Assembly: GCA_003990765.1 (NCBI GenBank)
Contig: RBNJ01000271.1
Location: 1 to 34,576 of the forward strand
Length of the DNA: 34,576 bases
From: Jimgerdemannia flammicorona
Taxonomy: Eukaryota
Direction: 5' to 3'
Part shown: positions 23,103-34,415 of the stretch, one piece after another
Layout of the letters: every line of letters begins with the position of its first letter
How positions within the stretch are numbered: position 1 is the stretch's first letter
Position numbers and translations under genes: made by a program
The notes under the pieces: model-generated
What the model was told of the DNA's origin: nothing
Database searches by the model: none
Seen by the model: the letters and a program-made list of their open reading frames with translations, nothing else

Positions 23103-26082
23103 CTGCTATACCATCTGTCCTCAGGGTCTCTGCCTCTATTGACAAGGTTATGGACAAGGTTCTTTCTCCTCCTCCTCCCCTTGCTTTCATCTCTGCCACT
23201 GTCTTATTCAAGACCTATGTCTTATCTGCCATCCTTTCTCTCTCCTTGGATCTTTGTCCTTTTGGTCATCCACTCTTCTCTCAGTTCCAGTTAGTCCTTG
23301 CCCTCTCTGCCAAGGAGGTTTATCTCTGCTATAATGTTGATATTGTCACTCTATCTGCCATCTGCTACTCTGTTCTCCCTGAGGCCCATTGCCAAGCCCT
23401 CTTTAAAGAGGTTTGCACCACCACTGCTGCTGCCAAGCTTGTTGTCACTGATGCTGCCACTACTTCCACCACCACTGCTTCTACCTTCTTTCACTATGCC
23501 TGTGCCATTTTCATGACCTTTGCTTTCTCTCACCTTGCAGATACTGCTCCTTTCTGTGACTTTGTCATCCAAGACATTCTCTCTGCCACTACCAACATTG
23601 ACACTATTCATCACTTCCTCCTTGCTGGAACCTCTTTTGTTACTTGTCTTCACAAGCAGGAAATGTCATATGCTGCCACTGCTGCTTGCACTACCACCAC
23701 CACTCCCTTGCCTACCTCCCCTGAGATTTCAGTCTCTGAGGCCATCCATGCCAAGGCTTATGCCACTGCCCACACTTAAGTCCATTTCTTTGTCACTGCC
23801 ACTGCCAAGGCTCTCACCAAGACCCCCACTAATTCCAACCAGGCTTTGTCAGCTTCTTCTCAGTCCCCCTCCCCTGCTAAGGCTTCCTCCTCCATTTCTC
23901 TCACCCCCAAGCATGGCCACCAACTTGGTTCTTGCCCTGTCAGGGCCTGGCCCTATGCTGTCTGCTCTGGTCACCTCCACCATACCTACTGGTGCCTGGC
24001 TAAGTCCATCTGCCCCCATGGTGGTGTCTTTTGTACTGCTGTCTCTTCTGCTGCTTACTCTCCTTCTGCCTCCTCCACTAGCTTCTCTACCTGTGCCCCC
24101 AAATGTAAGGGCTGCACAAAAGCCTGTGGCCACAAGGTCTGGCACTCTGACAGAGTGTGCTTCTGTTTATCAGGCTTGCTACCTTCAAAAAAAGTCAGAG
24201 GGAAGGGGAAGGCCTCCCACTCTTAAACTTCCCCCTAGCATGGTTCTCCCCCAGTGTCCCCATCCCTTCTCAGATTCCATTGTCACTTCTGGTATACTCT
24301 GAGTGGTTCCTCATACTGTCTCCCCTTTGTCTTTCCCCAGTTACTCATCCTGAATTTTCAGGTTTATTCTTCTCTTGGAATACTTTTGTCTCCTCCTTTT
24401 TCTTCAGCTGACTGCTCTCTTTCTTCTTTTCAAGTCTTTGCCTTATCTTTGGGTCCTCACTTTGTTTTTCCTGCAACTCTCTTATAATTCTCCTTCACTG
24501 ATCTGACTTATCTTACATGTTTTTGTCATACTCTTGACCTTGTCATCTTCTTTGAGGATCATAGTGAGATGCTCTCTCACTATTATATTTCTAGCAATTG
24601 GGTTCCTGCTCTCAATATCTCTTCACACTGTGTATTCCTTGATATGGCTTACTCACTATCTATTTCTGGACATGCTCACTCTTGCTTGATTTCAGACTGT
24701 ACCATATGTACTATGCTTAAATTAGTCAAGCAATTGTCTTTATATTTGCTCACAGTCACTGATAAGAATCAAGATTTTGCACTGATTTCTAAGTCACTCT
24801 ACCTTGATGGCCTTTCTGCCCTCCTTTGAGCTGTGGCTTACAAGCCTAGCACTCTTGGATTGGATGAGGTTCTTGCTCTCCTTTGGGTTTCTCTAGCTCA
24901 TGCTAGGTTACTTTCAGATTCTCCTTTTGTAAACTCCATTTTTAACTTCTTCCAGGACTCTTTGTCCTCAGTAGACATTTGTCTTCTGGTTTTTTATGCT
25001 CTTCCTAAAGTCCACAAGTCTACTTTGGCCTGTGTTCCATTATGGCTGCTTATTGCTCTCCTATCACTGAGATTTCAAAGTGGTTATCCTGCTTCTTCCT
25101 CTCTTGGATGACTCTTTTTTAATACCATCTTGGGCCTAAGTATACAATTCTTCATGACACTCAGGAGCTCACCCTTCTCTGCTCCACCATTGTGCCTATT
25201 TAACATTTTTTCCATTTGGCCTCTAGTGACTTCTCTTCCTTCTACACTGCTATTCATTTTGATGAGATTGATGATTGTCTTTGCTTCTTGAGTTCTATTG
25301 TCTTCTCTTTGGATTCCCCAGTTTCATTGGCTTCTATCATTGATCTTATACTTTTTGTCTGTAGCTCAAATTATTTTGAGTTGGTCCTTAGCTCCTTTTA
25401 CCAGACTTCTGGTATTACCATGGAAATGAATTGTGCCCCCACTCTTGCCAACCTCATTGGCCTGACTCATGAACTTTGTATGATATGTAATCCTTCTTCA
25501 CCTCTTTCTATTATGTCCTGGGCTGGGGATATCTTCTTTTGCCAATACATTGATGACTTCATTATTCTTGCTGTTGCTGGTGTTGATATTTCTATTGTAT
25601 TCTGTGGTATCTACCCTCTCCATCATTCCATTACTTGGGTATATGGTATAATTAGTATTTTCTTTTTGGACCTATCTATTTCTCTTTCCTCCTTTTGAAC
25701 TATTGTTTATTCTCATTTTTCCCATTCCCAACAGTTCCCTGGCTTCTATTCCAATTATTCTCATTGCACTCTTCTTGAATGTATTTGTGGTGAGGTTCAT
25801 TATCTTACATTATGCTGCTCCCATCATTCTGATTGGGTGTCTGCTGTTCAGGTTCTTGGCAACTTCATGGTCTATCATCATGCCTACCCTATTTCTATTA
25901 TTTGTGATCTGCTTGCTTCTATTGAATGGTCTGTTGTTCACTCTTCCCCTCTCTCTCCCCTTTACCCCCCCTTCCTTCCCTCTCTCCCCTCTTATCCCCT
26001 CTGTACCCCCTCTTCATTCCCACTTCTGAATCTTGTCATATGTACTATTCAATCATGCTTACTGAGTCACTTAATGCCCTGA
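23075..26082 (+). pseudogene. PLE polyprotein (~1000 codons): N-terminal extension plus Penelope-type RT and thumb
   Basis: ORF pieces starting 23006, 23846, 24254, 24569 and 24833 share one frame, with one shift before 25216. Motifs: LSLGPHF, VTDKNQD (DKG region), FYALPKVHK, DFSSFYTAI, YQTSGITMEMNCAPTLANL, QYIDDF and FLDLSI, plus thumb GEVHY...CCS...YP. Confidence 0.88.
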
Positions 26083-26240
26083 CACCATCCTATGCTCTTC
26101 TCTTTCATACCATAGACTTTTGTCTCTTTCTTGATACTCTCTGATAGCTCATTTGCATCTTCCTTCTGTTTCCTCTTTAATTCATCACTCTCATTTTGTG
26201 TTTTTGTCATCTTTTGGTATCTCCAGCTCTGCTGGAGAGG

Positions 26241-26740
26241 ATTAAAAAACATCCTTGCCCCCTCTGGGATCTTGTGCTCACTCTGGGGTCCCAGCCTTAC
26301 TCTGCTCCCCTCTGCTGCCTTTGGCCCCTTGCTTCACTTGGGCTCACTGCAGCTTGCTCTGTTTCAGCCTCACCCCTCACTTGCACTCAACTCTCTAGAG
26401 TCTGTGGATGTTTTTTAATTTCAATTTGGATTTGTTTTGTTTGTGTTTATTTGTGATTTTTATCCTACAACTGGGATTAGCTCCCCCTTTATCTCTGCTT
26501 ATCTCCAGTGGTCATGTGGTTCCTAATTTGGTTCACTCTAAGTTGTGGTGCATTCTCTCTTTTGGGATATTATATTTTATATATAAGGACCACATTTTTA
26601 CATGGCAATAAATGGCTGATGCATTTTCAGTTACATTCTTTGTTTGTCCCCTTTATACATGCTCTTCCACATATCTTTCATTTGCTTTAACACTGGCTCT
26701 GAGTTTGCTCCTATGGCTCCTGCTGGGCCCTCCTCCTCCA
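26241..26740 (+). repeat. 3' pLTR of the PLE
   Basis: Direct repeat of 22603-23102. Confidence 0.92.
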
Positions 26741-27074
26741 CTTTTATATATAAGGACCACATTTTTACATGACAATAAATGGCTGATGCATTTTCAGTTA
26801 TGTTCTTTATTTATCCCCCTTATACATGCTCTTCTACATGTCTTCCATTTGCTTTGACACTGGCTCTGGGTTTGCTCCCATGACTCCTGCTGGGCTCTCC
26901 TCCTTCACTTTTGTATATAAGGACTACGTTTTTACATGGCAATAAATGGCTGATGCATTTTTGGTTATGTCCTTTGTTCATCCCCCTTATATGTACTCTT
27001 CCACATATCTTCCATTCACTTTGACACTGGCTCTGGGTTTGCTCCCATGGCTCCTGCTGGGCCCTCCTCCTCCA
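26574..27074 (+). repeat. Three tandem 167-bp copies of the pLTR 3' end
   Basis: Units end at 26740, 26907 and 27074. Each runs from TTTT[A/G]TATATAAGGAC to (approximately) GCCCTCCTCCTCCA. Confidence 0.95.
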
Positions 27075-30000
27075 TAGATAAAGGAATGGGGAGGTGAGGC
27101 AGTTTGGAAGGGCAAGGTTGGGATTCTGATCTAGAGAGGCAGAGAGGAGGTATGGGATGTGAGGAGCTGAGGAGATAGGCTGGTTTGGAGAGAGTGGATA
27201 TGAACAGGATAGGAGCTAGTTACAGTGGGATCCTATTACTGTTCTGCTGTGTGGTGTGAGCATGTGGATTGGGTGAAGGGTCTCCAGAAGAGTGGGGCCC
27301 TTGCAGAGGCTGGAGTGAATGTGCTCAGTGGAGACTTTAATATGGTCAAGGATATACTGGTGGATAGAACTGATAGAGAGAGGGGGGCTGAGGGTTAGAG
27401 TGGAGGTCTGGAGGCATGGGAGGAGGTAGAAAGACTGAGTGCACTAGTGGATGCAGGCAGGGGATTCCGGTAATAGAAGAGTGTACATATACTGGGTAAG
27501 TGGACTGGGAATAAGGATTGACTGGGTTTTGATAGTGAACTGCTGGGGCTTAGATATTTGAAAGTCACTAGCAGTTGAATGGTGTCTGTGGTCTAATCAT
27601 TGGGAGTTACTGGGACAGGGGCATTTTGGGGGAAGTGGGGATGGGCCTGGACATTGGTACCTTAATTTCTCTTTGTTGGACAATAAGATACTATAGGACA
27701 AGTGGGCTGAGGACATTTGGCAGAGGGTGGAGGGTTGGATACAGGAAGGTGCTCTGGTTGGTATTAGGTAGATGAGATTGAAAGAGGCTGCTAGAGTCTA
27801 TTGAGGTGAGGCTGGCAAGGTGGCCAGAAGATAGAGGAGGAGGAGGGTGATGTGGACTTCTACTAGACTTGAAAGGCTTCTGGAAGATTGGGCTAGTCTG
27901 TTGACCCTGGAGGGGGTAGAGGACTGGAGATTGCTGTGGGCAAAAAAAGAGGTTAGAGAGCTATAACAGGTGTTATGGGAAGAGAAAGAGGTACAGGTAT
28001 AGAGTTTGGAGGCATGGTTACATTGGCAGAGACTGGAGGAAGGAGAGAGGCCCTCTAAGTTTCTCATGAGGGCCCTTTGGGTGAGGAGAGTTAAGCAGAG
28101 GTGGGAGGGGGTACTGGATGCTGATGGTCTACTGGTGCACAGTATACAAGACATTCTTGGATTGTTGAAGGAGAGATGGAGTGGTTTGTGGAGTGAGGAG
28201 GAGGGTGGGGCTGATGCTGCTATTATTGACCATACTTTGGAGAATTGGTACCAACTACAAGTGGAATGGCTGGGCAGCCTAGTGGTACTAATACAGGAGG
28301 AGGAGATTCACTAGGTTCTTTCTATGACTATATTGGGTATAGTATCAGGGAAGGATGGTCTGTCCTGAGACTTTTGAAAGAAGATAGTGGGAGTCCTCAG
28401 AGTGCTGGAGAGCTGATGGCACTTTGTAACTTGGTACTACAGTCAGAGAGATGGGTGGGCAAGCAGGATCTGAGGCTGGTGATGCTGCTTTATAAGGATA
28501 AAGGCAGGAGAGAGGACTGGATGAATTGGTGGCTATCATGCTACTGGACATGGATAGAAAGTTGGTTATTAAGGTGATGGTGACAAGGCTGTAGAAGGTG
28601 GCCCAGCAGGTCTTGGGGGAGGAGCAGCAGGGCTTTGTAGAAGACTGGCTTATTAGAGATAGTACAGCTTGGGTGCATGGTGTTATTGAGAGGGCACAAG
28701 CCTGTAGACTGAATGGGCACCTAGTTTTTCTAGATCAGGAGAAGGTATATAACTGTATTTGGCAGATCTGGTTAGTGAAGGTATTGGATAGGATTGGCAT
28801 TCCTCAGCAGTTCTGAGTAGTAATGATCAATCTACTGGAAGGAAGTAGAGCTGCACTCATGTATAATGGGCATCAAGAGGTGGCTTTCTCTCTGGATAGG
28901 GGTATTCTCCAGGGGAACCCACTGTCTTTTATTCTGTATGCTCTTTTATTGGAGCCCTTGTTAGATAGGATCTGGCAGAAGATAGTAGGGCTTTCAGTAT
29001 TTGGGATTGGGTGGAAAGTTGGAGCCTTTGCAGATGATATAGTGGTTGGTCTGAGATTGATCACTAATGTTGAGGAACTCAAGGTGACAGTGGGTGGTAT
29101 GAGGTGCATTTTGGGGCTAAACTTAATTGGCACAAGTATGAGATGATGGTGTTAGGCAATGGCCTGATGGGAGGGGATGTCATTGGAACAATTGTCTCTA
29201 CTGGGGAGGCAGTAAGATACTTAGATATCTATCTTTCAGTATATAGGTCAGTCTTGCTGAGAACTTGGTGGATGCAGTGAGTTGCAATATGGGGGAAGGC
29301 CCTGCAGAGTTGGGGTGGCTGCCACTTGTCTCTAGCAGAGTGTATATCTATTTTGAATGTCTACTGACTTCCAAAGCTATGGTATTTGGCTTATTAACTG
29401 GACTTCCCAGCCTGGGTGGTGAAGAGATTATTGAAACTGGTCAAAGGGTAGATCTGGGCTGGGAGAAGGTGTCAGATTAGCTGGGAAATCTTGTCTTTGC
29501 CAGTAGCTAGAGGGGGTCTTAGACTGGTTGACTTTCTGAAGAGGTTGTACTGCCTGAGAGCATGGTGGCTGAAGAGAGCAGTGGAGCTGAGAGGTGGTAG
29601 CTGGGTTCCCTTGATGAGGAAGGTCTGGGAGATGAGGTCTTCACCAAGAGGCTCTATAGGAGATCTACTCTCCTTGGTTGGACTTCAGAACAATGAGTAT
29701 ATGTGGATAAGAGCTTCTGGTAGAGGATAGCAGATGGGGTATACTGTATTGAAATTCGCTGGCAGGGAGATGAAGAAGAGCTGCCTTGGGGCCTAGCTAT
29801 GTAGAGATGAGACCATATATTGTTGGAGGGAGTCCCCTTAAATGACTTTGATATTAGTGATAGAGTCAAATACCAGAGGGGGGTTAGGACAGAATCTGTG
29901 GCCCAGCAGATAGCAGCTGGCAGATATCAGAGAAGAGTGGGACTAGAATAGGGTCTGGGCCTGGATTGTTGAGGTTAGACAGTAGTTGCCACTAAAGTAT

Positions 30001-30209
30001 TAGGTGATCTGGTGGCATATATTGTAGAGGAATATCATGCTCAACTTTCACTCAGGCCACCTTATTGCAGGGAGAAGCTTTGACTATAAGGAGTGCTATA
30101 ATATATGTAGAACAGGAAGGGGGTTTTGTATAGATATCAGAACATTAGCTAGGAGTAGTGCTCCACAAACCTGACTCGATTAACCTGAAACCCGATCTGT
30201 AACACAGCC

Positions 30210-30500
30210 AACCCAGAATTAGACGTCACCCATCTTTAACCCAACCCAGAATTATATGTCACCCATCTTTAACCTGACTCAGAATTATACATCACCCATC
30301 TTTAACCTGACCCAGAATTGTACATCACCCATCTTTAACCCGACCTGGAAAGATACATTACCCATCTTTAACCCAACCTGGAAATGTATGTCACCCGACC
30401 CATTATTTACCCTTAACCTAAACCTGAACCCAACCCCTGAACCTGACCCTGAACCTGACCCCTGAACCCGACCCTGAACCTGACCCTCTGAACTCTGCTC
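30210..30500. repeat. hAT subterminal repeats: 33-bp unit x~5.5, then AACC[C/T]G-type hexamers
   Basis: Unit ~AACCCAGAATTATACGTCACCCATCTTTAACCC at 30210-30400. GAACCT/GACCCT-like hexamers at 30410-30500. Confidence 0.85.
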
Positions 30501-30534
30501 TGAAAAAATGATTCAGAAAATATTTTGATAATAT

Positions 30535-32901
30535 TCAGAGCAATTGAAAGTAAAAAATATCTGAAGACCACCAAGAATCCAAACACATGTATGCATGAAT
30601 TGTATTTACACACAAGCTGTTTTGACATTCAGTCACTAGCTCACCAGCAATAGAAAAAATACATTCAGATGGAACAGATGTCACCAAAATAGCAAGATAA
30701 TCACAAGCTATTTGTGAAAGATTAGAATATACTGACTGATTTCACTGCCACCAATCTAGTATATCTATACAAGAATTAGCTGGATTCTCTGACAAATAAC
30801 TGAAACAGAGAAATATGAGTGAAAATTAACCAAGCCTACCAAAAAACATAAAAACAACACCCATCATTCAAGCTCATCATTCACATCGACACGCTGTTTC
30901 TTCTCATATATTGAGTTGATAAAATCATCGACATCATGAGATATTGAGAGTATAATGATAGCATTAACAGGCTTATACTCTTTTTCCCAGATACATTCCA
31001 TCTGATTCTTCCATTCATCAATTAAGGATTTTTTCCATTGCTCACAATGGAAATAATGCATATTGATACATGGATCTAAGGCCGAAGCTATGCTGTATAA
31101 TGGTGTCATCTTACAGTAATACTTTAGAAGTTTCATACATATGTACATTCTCAGCAGCAGTAAGCATTATCTATAAAAAATAAAAATATACACATATTAC
31201 TTCCCAATTACTTACTAAATTAGTTCCTAAATTCACAAATAAAATTACTTTCAAAATCATATATATACCTGATTAAAATGTTCACCAGTTTGATATATAT
31301 CGATGACATCTTTGAGATGATCACATATGTAGCCAATTAAATAGTGGGATAACAGCTGCTATTGTAGGATACTTCGAAGCTGACATTACAGTTGTTACTT
31401 TGGCAAAAGACTCGAGAAATTGGCAAATCAATTCAAATTATTGCCATGCATCTTCAGATATATCACTTATTTGCTTATCCATGGTACACAATATATCCAA
31501 GCCCTATTTGGATGTAATATCAATTTATTTAGTACCAAAATACTTCCAAATTGTATTCCAAAATCTATACAAATAGATTCAAAATCTTACCTTATGAATC
31601 TCCAGAGCATGTGCTAACATTTCATGTGTAGAACTCCATCTCATTGTAATATCTAAGAGAGGCTTCAAAATGGGAATTCTGGAGGATTCACAGACCTTTG
31701 CCAGTTGTGCTTGTCATTGTGCTGAATTTTTGATCTTCTTTATCAACTCCCATAGCTTTCCAATGGGCTCGCTAAGAGAACCAAGAGCATCATGAACAAC
31801 AAGATTCAACACATATCCAAAACAGCATACATGAGCAAGCGGATGATAGAGATTCTCAAACAGAGTATCATTGTTACTAGCATTGTCACACACAACAGCA
31901 ATAATTTGATTGTCACTAGGCAATAAATCATCTATTACCAGCTTCAGACTTTTCACAAGATTGGCACCCATGTATATTATTTTGCTGATATTCACAAAGT
32001 CTAAGATAATGTCATACATCTTTTAATCACTGTCAATCCAATGGGCTGTTATTCTAAGGAAGACCTTGATGTTAACGTCTGATGTCTAACAATCAAGTGT
32101 AAGTAACACCTTTGACTTGAGCCCTGCTAGCCTTGCTTTCACTTGAGTCTGCAATAGTTCGAATTCCTTTTGAATAACTTGCAAAATTGTATCAGCTGAT
32201 GGAAGGGCCAGATCAGGGTGTAATATGTGAAGGAGATACTTGAAGCCAGCATTTTCGATAGTAGAGAATGGCTGATATCCAGTGACAATGAAGTTGGCAA
32301 TTAACTGACAGAAATTTTCATCACTTAAAGTCTTGCTAGTGTGTTCCTATTTATAATAATAAAATTTGATCAATTATTTTTCTAATAACCTCCTAAGTAC
32401 TCCCCAAATTCCATTCTATCTATACTCACAATATCATCTTTCTTAGACTAGCGAGGATTCTCAGCATACTGGAGAGATAAGAGCATGGCATTGTGATGCT
32501 TCCAGAGATATTGTTTAAGATTGTTGATATTGCCATCCTTCGATATATAGCTCCAAGTTGTGCAATAGTTGCAACTGATGAGCTTACTTTGTAAATTCTA
32601 TTTGAATAGAGAGATATGAGACTGTATTAGAACCTCAACCACTTACAACCAACCACCCACCCTTACGACTAATGAGACCAATCACCCCTATGAATTCAAC
32701 TATTAGCACAATGTATAAAACTACCTTTGTGGCATGATTCTACACCCAGCTATCACCAGGTTTTATTTTTATTTTTATTCTCGTGCTCATTGGTGATAAC
32801 AAACTAGTGGAGATATCTGATATATCCTCCGATATATCCTCCGATATATCATCCGATGGTTCCGAGATTTTTCCTAAATGTACTTCTTGATCTTTAGACA
32901 T
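30535..32901 (-). pseudogene. hAT transposase with BED zinc finger, at least 4 introns, in-frame stops
   Basis: ATG at 32901. BED finger: SWV*NH and CNYC...GNINNLKQYLWKHH. Core: QPFSTIE, TLDC*TS, ITAHWID, VCDNASNN, HVCCFGYVLNL, MRWSST and ASALDP. Dimerisation domain: ILDWW...YLAI...SVPSECIFS. GT-AG introns at ~32598-32724, 32347-32429, 31171-31268 and 30800-30860. Confidence 0.92.
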
Positions 32902-33244
32902 TTTGAATGTTTGATGATGGTGGGGACTGGGAGCTTGAGTGGGAGGCCGAGAGCTAGAAAGTGGCTAGGAAGTGGGGAGCTAGAGAGTGGCGAACTGGGA
33001 AACAAGCTGGGGGGACAGTGAACTAGAGAGCAGAGAGTTGGGGGGAGGCAGCAAGCAGCGGGAAAAGTCAGGAACTGTGGGGCCTGGGACAGGAGTCAGT
33101 GAGCTAGGGGGTAGCAAGAGAGAGAGCAGTGAGGTAGTATGCGATAGCCAATGATCAATTGTAGACAGAGGATGGATGAATAAATACGCATGGATGGTGA
33201 ACTGGTACCCATCATGCAACTGCAAACAGCAAACATACTTTGAA

Positions 33245-33626
33245 GATTCAGCGTATTCTGTGTTGAGCAAGGTTTGCAATGACGTTTGAGCGAGGTTTGT
33301 GGTGTATTTGAGTGAGATTTGCAGCGAGGTTCGAGCAAGATTTGCAAGCGAGATTTGCAAGTGAGATTTGCATGTAAGATTAAAGCGAGATTTGCATAAG
33401 CCAGGCTTTGCAAGCCTTACACTTGCAAGTCTGGACAAGCTCAGTCACAAGCTGATATGACATATATATAAGCTGATATCACATGATATCAGCTATTAGC
33501 TGAGCTTGCAAGTACAAGGCTTGCAAAGCCTGGCTTATACAAATCTCGCTCGAACCTTGCTGTAAATCTCGCTCAAATGCACCACAAACCTTGCTCAATC
33601 GGGGCTTACGCAGAACCCGCTGAATC
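33245..33626. repeat. Long imperfect inverted repeat (foldback 1)
   Basis: Termini GATTCAGCG...CGCTGAATC. Inner arms ATAAGCCAGGCTTTGCAAGCCTT / AAGGCTTGCAAAGCCTGGCTTAT. Confidence 0.9.
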
Positions 33627-33627
33627 A

Positions 33628-33853
33628 TGCAGAGAGGAGTGGAATACAGTGAGGAAAGCTCCAGATTGCAAGCGTAAGCATAAGTATAAGCATAAGTATA
33701 AGCTTTGCTCCACTCAGTCTGACAAGCTGATAATAAGCTAATATTATGTAATATCAGCTATCAGCTGAGCAGAGCAAAGCTTGTGCTTGCACTTATGCTT
33801 ATGCTTACACTTGCAATCTGGAGCTTTTCTCACTGCATTCCACTCCTCTTGCA
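33628..33853. repeat. Long imperfect inverted repeat (foldback 2)
   Basis: Arms GAGGAGTGGAAT...AAAGCTCCAGATTGCAAG / CTTGCAATCTGGAGCTTT...ATTCCACTCCTC. Confidence 0.9.
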
Positions 33854-34261
33854 TTCCACTCCTCTTGCATTCCACTCCTCTTGCACAACCCTCACATATT
33901 CCTCCACCTCCCTCACCCTCATTCCTCAGATTGCAAACAACATGCAATTTAGAAATGGGTTTCGAAAGAGATTTCGAAGAGATTCAGAAAGAGCTTCTGA
34001 AAGAGATTTTGGAGAGATTCCAAAAGAGCTTCTGAAAGATGTTATAGCTTTTGAACATTTAAGATATTGAAAGCTTACTTTTGCCTCTCATTCTTTTCAC
34101 CTCATCCTTCACTTTGTCTCATCCTTCGCTTTGCCTCACTTAATTCACTGCTATGTTGAGAAAACGTGGATATGACTGTCTGGCCAATAAGTATTTACTT
34201 GGCCCCCCCCAAGCTCGATGTGCTTCAGCTCACCATCCCAAAGCTTGGTACCCTAAAGATG

Positions 34262-34415
34262 CCCAGCTTGCTGACACCCAGCTGCTGAGCTTGCTGACAC
34301 CCAGCCTGCTGAGCTTGCTGACACCCAGCCTGCTGAGCTTGCCGACACCCAGGTTGTCAAGCTCACCAACTCCCAGCTTGCTGACCCTCAGCTCCCTGAT
34401 CTCCAGCTTGACCGC
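34262..34415. repeat. ~24-bp tandem repeat AGCTTGCTGACACCCAGCCTGCTG, degenerating rightward
   Basis: Read directly: about 4 clear units plus degenerate ones. Confidence 0.85.

Larger units (their letters stand above)
22282..27074 (+). mobile_element. Penelope-like retroelement without recognisable endonuclease (EN-minus PLE)
   Basis: PLE-type RT flanked by 500-bp direct pseudo-LTRs (pLTRs), with an inverted pLTR fragment at the 5' end. No TSD, and no GIY-YIG motif seen before or after the RT. Confidence 0.88.
21305..30155 (+). mobile_element. L1/Tx1-like LINE copy 2, interrupted by the PLE and truncated by the hAT
   Basis: 21305-22281 aligns to copy 1 at 4158-5154, and 27075-30155 aligns to copy 1 at 6413-9478. 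Same motifs are present (GDFN, GERPSKF, LDQEK, RGILQG, AFADD). Confidence 0.93.

Noticed and set aside
24085..24175. Cys/His cluster CAPKCKGCTKACGHKVWH as a zinc finger
   Set aside because: CpG decay turns Arg codons (CGY) into Cys (TGY) or His (CAY). In this Lys-rich context it is more likely a decayed basic tract.
22282..27074. DIRS/Ngaro or DNA-transposon interpretation of the inverted termini
   Set aside because: No RNase H, tyrosine recombinase or transposase motifs were seen. The RT motifs are Penelope-type.
30210..30500. TTAACCC/AACCCT-like repeats as an interstitial telomere linked to the PLE
   Set aside because: They are irregular, embedded in 33-bp units next to the hAT terminus, and 3 kb from the PLE. 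Subterminal transposase-binding repeats explain them better.
32980..34070. Several 67-152 aa ORFs upstream of the hAT transposase
   Set aside because: They run through inverted and tandem repeats on both strands and carry no recognisable domain.
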